Source of the DNA: an uncultured Chloroflexia bacterium
GTDB taxonomy: Bacteria > Chloroflexota > Limnocylindria > Limnocylindrales > CSP1-4
Length of the DNA: 64,000 bases
Reading direction: 5' to 3'
Assembly (NCBI GenBank): GCA_963704935.1
Contig: CAVPIF010000003.1
Location: forward strand, 1,279,652 to 1,343,651
Shown: piece by piece, positions 63,185 to 64,000 of the stretch
Layout: every line of letters starts with the position of its first letter
Position numbering within the stretch: position 1 is the stretch's first letter
Notes under the pieces: generated by a model
The model's input: the letters and a program-made list of their open reading frames with translations, nothing else
Database searches by the model: none
Told to the model about the DNA's origin: nothing
Position numbers and translations under genes: made by a program

Positions 63185-64000
63185 ATGCGCGGCAGAATCC
63201 TTCCTCTCCTGGCCACCGTCCTGCTCGTGGTCGCGGCCTGCGCCAACAGCGCGGCGACCACCTGGACCTATGCCCCGGAATCCTCACCGGGCGCCGCGGC
63301 GCCCTCCGCGCCGGCGAGCGCCGCGCCCGTCTCGACCGAGGTCCTCGGCACGCTGGAGGTCGAGGCGTTCGATCTCGGGTTCACGCCCGCGGAACTGTCG
63401 GTGGCCGAACCCGGTCGCTACGCGGTGACGCTCAAGAACACCGGGCAGATCCCGCACGACATCGCGTTCGCGGGCGGCCAGCCGACCGTCGCCGCGGCAG
63501 GCGAGTCGGTCACGGTGGAAGTCGACATCCCGGCCGAGGGCATCGCGTTCATCTGCTCGATCCCCGGCCACGAAGCGGCCGGCATGACTGGCAAGGTGGC
63601 CGTCACCGGCGGCACCGCGGCGGCCAGCCCGGATCCGAACGATCATGGCGGCCCGGCCCCCACGACCGACGTCCAGCCCGACCCGAACGCGCCTGCGCCG
63701 GTCACCTATGACGCGAAGGCGCCGGCCCGGCTCCCCGGCGAGGTCCACGACATCGACCTCGTCATGACCGAGCAGGAGATGACGGTCGGTGAGGGCTTCG
63801 TCCAGAAGGTCTGGACCTTCGGCGGGACGGTGCCGGGGCCGGTCATCCGGGTCAAGGTCGGCGACACGATCCGTGTCCACCTCAAGAACCCCATCGAGAA
63901 CCAGCTGTCCCACTCCATCGACTTCCACGCCAGCCAGGTCGCCTGGAATGACGAGATGCGGTCCATCGCTCCCGGTGAAGAGCTGCTGTACGAGTGGACG
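63185..64000 (+). CDS. nirK: Copper nitrite reductase-like multicopper protein with extra N-terminal cupredoxin domain (lipoprotein; 3' truncated)
   Basis: My translation from ATG 63185 (absent from the ORF track because it runs off the window): lipobox VAAC; cupredoxin PHD...CSIPGHEAAGM; then WTFGGTVPGPVIRVKVGD and HSIDFHA. Confidence 0.75.
   Translation, partial: MRGRILPLLATVLLVVAACANSAATTWTYAPESSPGAAAPSAPASAAPVSTEVLGTLEVEAFDLGFTPAELSVAEPGRYAVTLKNTGQIPHDIAFAGGQPTVAAAGESVTVEVDIPAEGIAFICSIPGHEAAGMTGKVAVTGGTAAASPDPNDHGGPAPTTDVQPDPNAPAPVTYDAKAPARLPGEVHDIDLVMTEQEMTVGEGFVQKVWTFGGTVPGPVIRVKVGDTIRVHLKNPIENQLSHSIDFHASQVAWNDEMRSIAPGEELLYEWT

Overview
Very GC-rich bacterial chromosomal window (by eye ~70% GC or more; gene content is compatible with a Chloroflexota- or Actinomycetota-type organism, which is inference only). 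About 65 CDS are supported; I found no rRNA, tRNA, CRISPR array or transposase. Main blocks: (1) purK (with an N-terminal GrpB-like domain) and purE; (2) a sulfur/Fe-S region: Rrf2-sufC-sufS, then sufU-moeZ-cysO-cysM-mec, i.e. a ubiquitin-like sulfur-carrier route to cysteine; (3) a ~22 kb methylated-amine catabolic island: corrinoid protein, DUF1638, 'virulence factor' protein, methyl-THF methyltransferase, ASKHA reactivase, non-pyrrolysine MttB, MetF, a dimethylglycine dehydrogenase-like protein with ETF, betaine aldehyde dehydrogenase, a ProVWX-like ABC transporter and two IclR regulators; (4) a second ABC transporter with a HAD phosphatase; (5) mixed genes: YccA, SufT, DUF433, a phycobiliprotein-like small protein, pabB/pabC, DmpA, rhodanese, CtpA, RraA, kamA, MMPL plus CrtC-like lipocalin, Rrf2, and a cupredoxin-fused NirK-like oxidase cut by the window end. 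Many conserved genes carry single-base frameshifts, almost all in the first 30 kb, which most likely reflects long-read indel error. Main observations read from the sequence: a 25-bp IscR-type palindrome recurs at three promoters up to 45 kb apart, suggesting an Rrf2 sulfur regulon that includes an uncharacterised gene; a Cys-less allophycocyanin-like protein; two related intergenic arrays of spaced palindromes; and frequent leaderless promoters.
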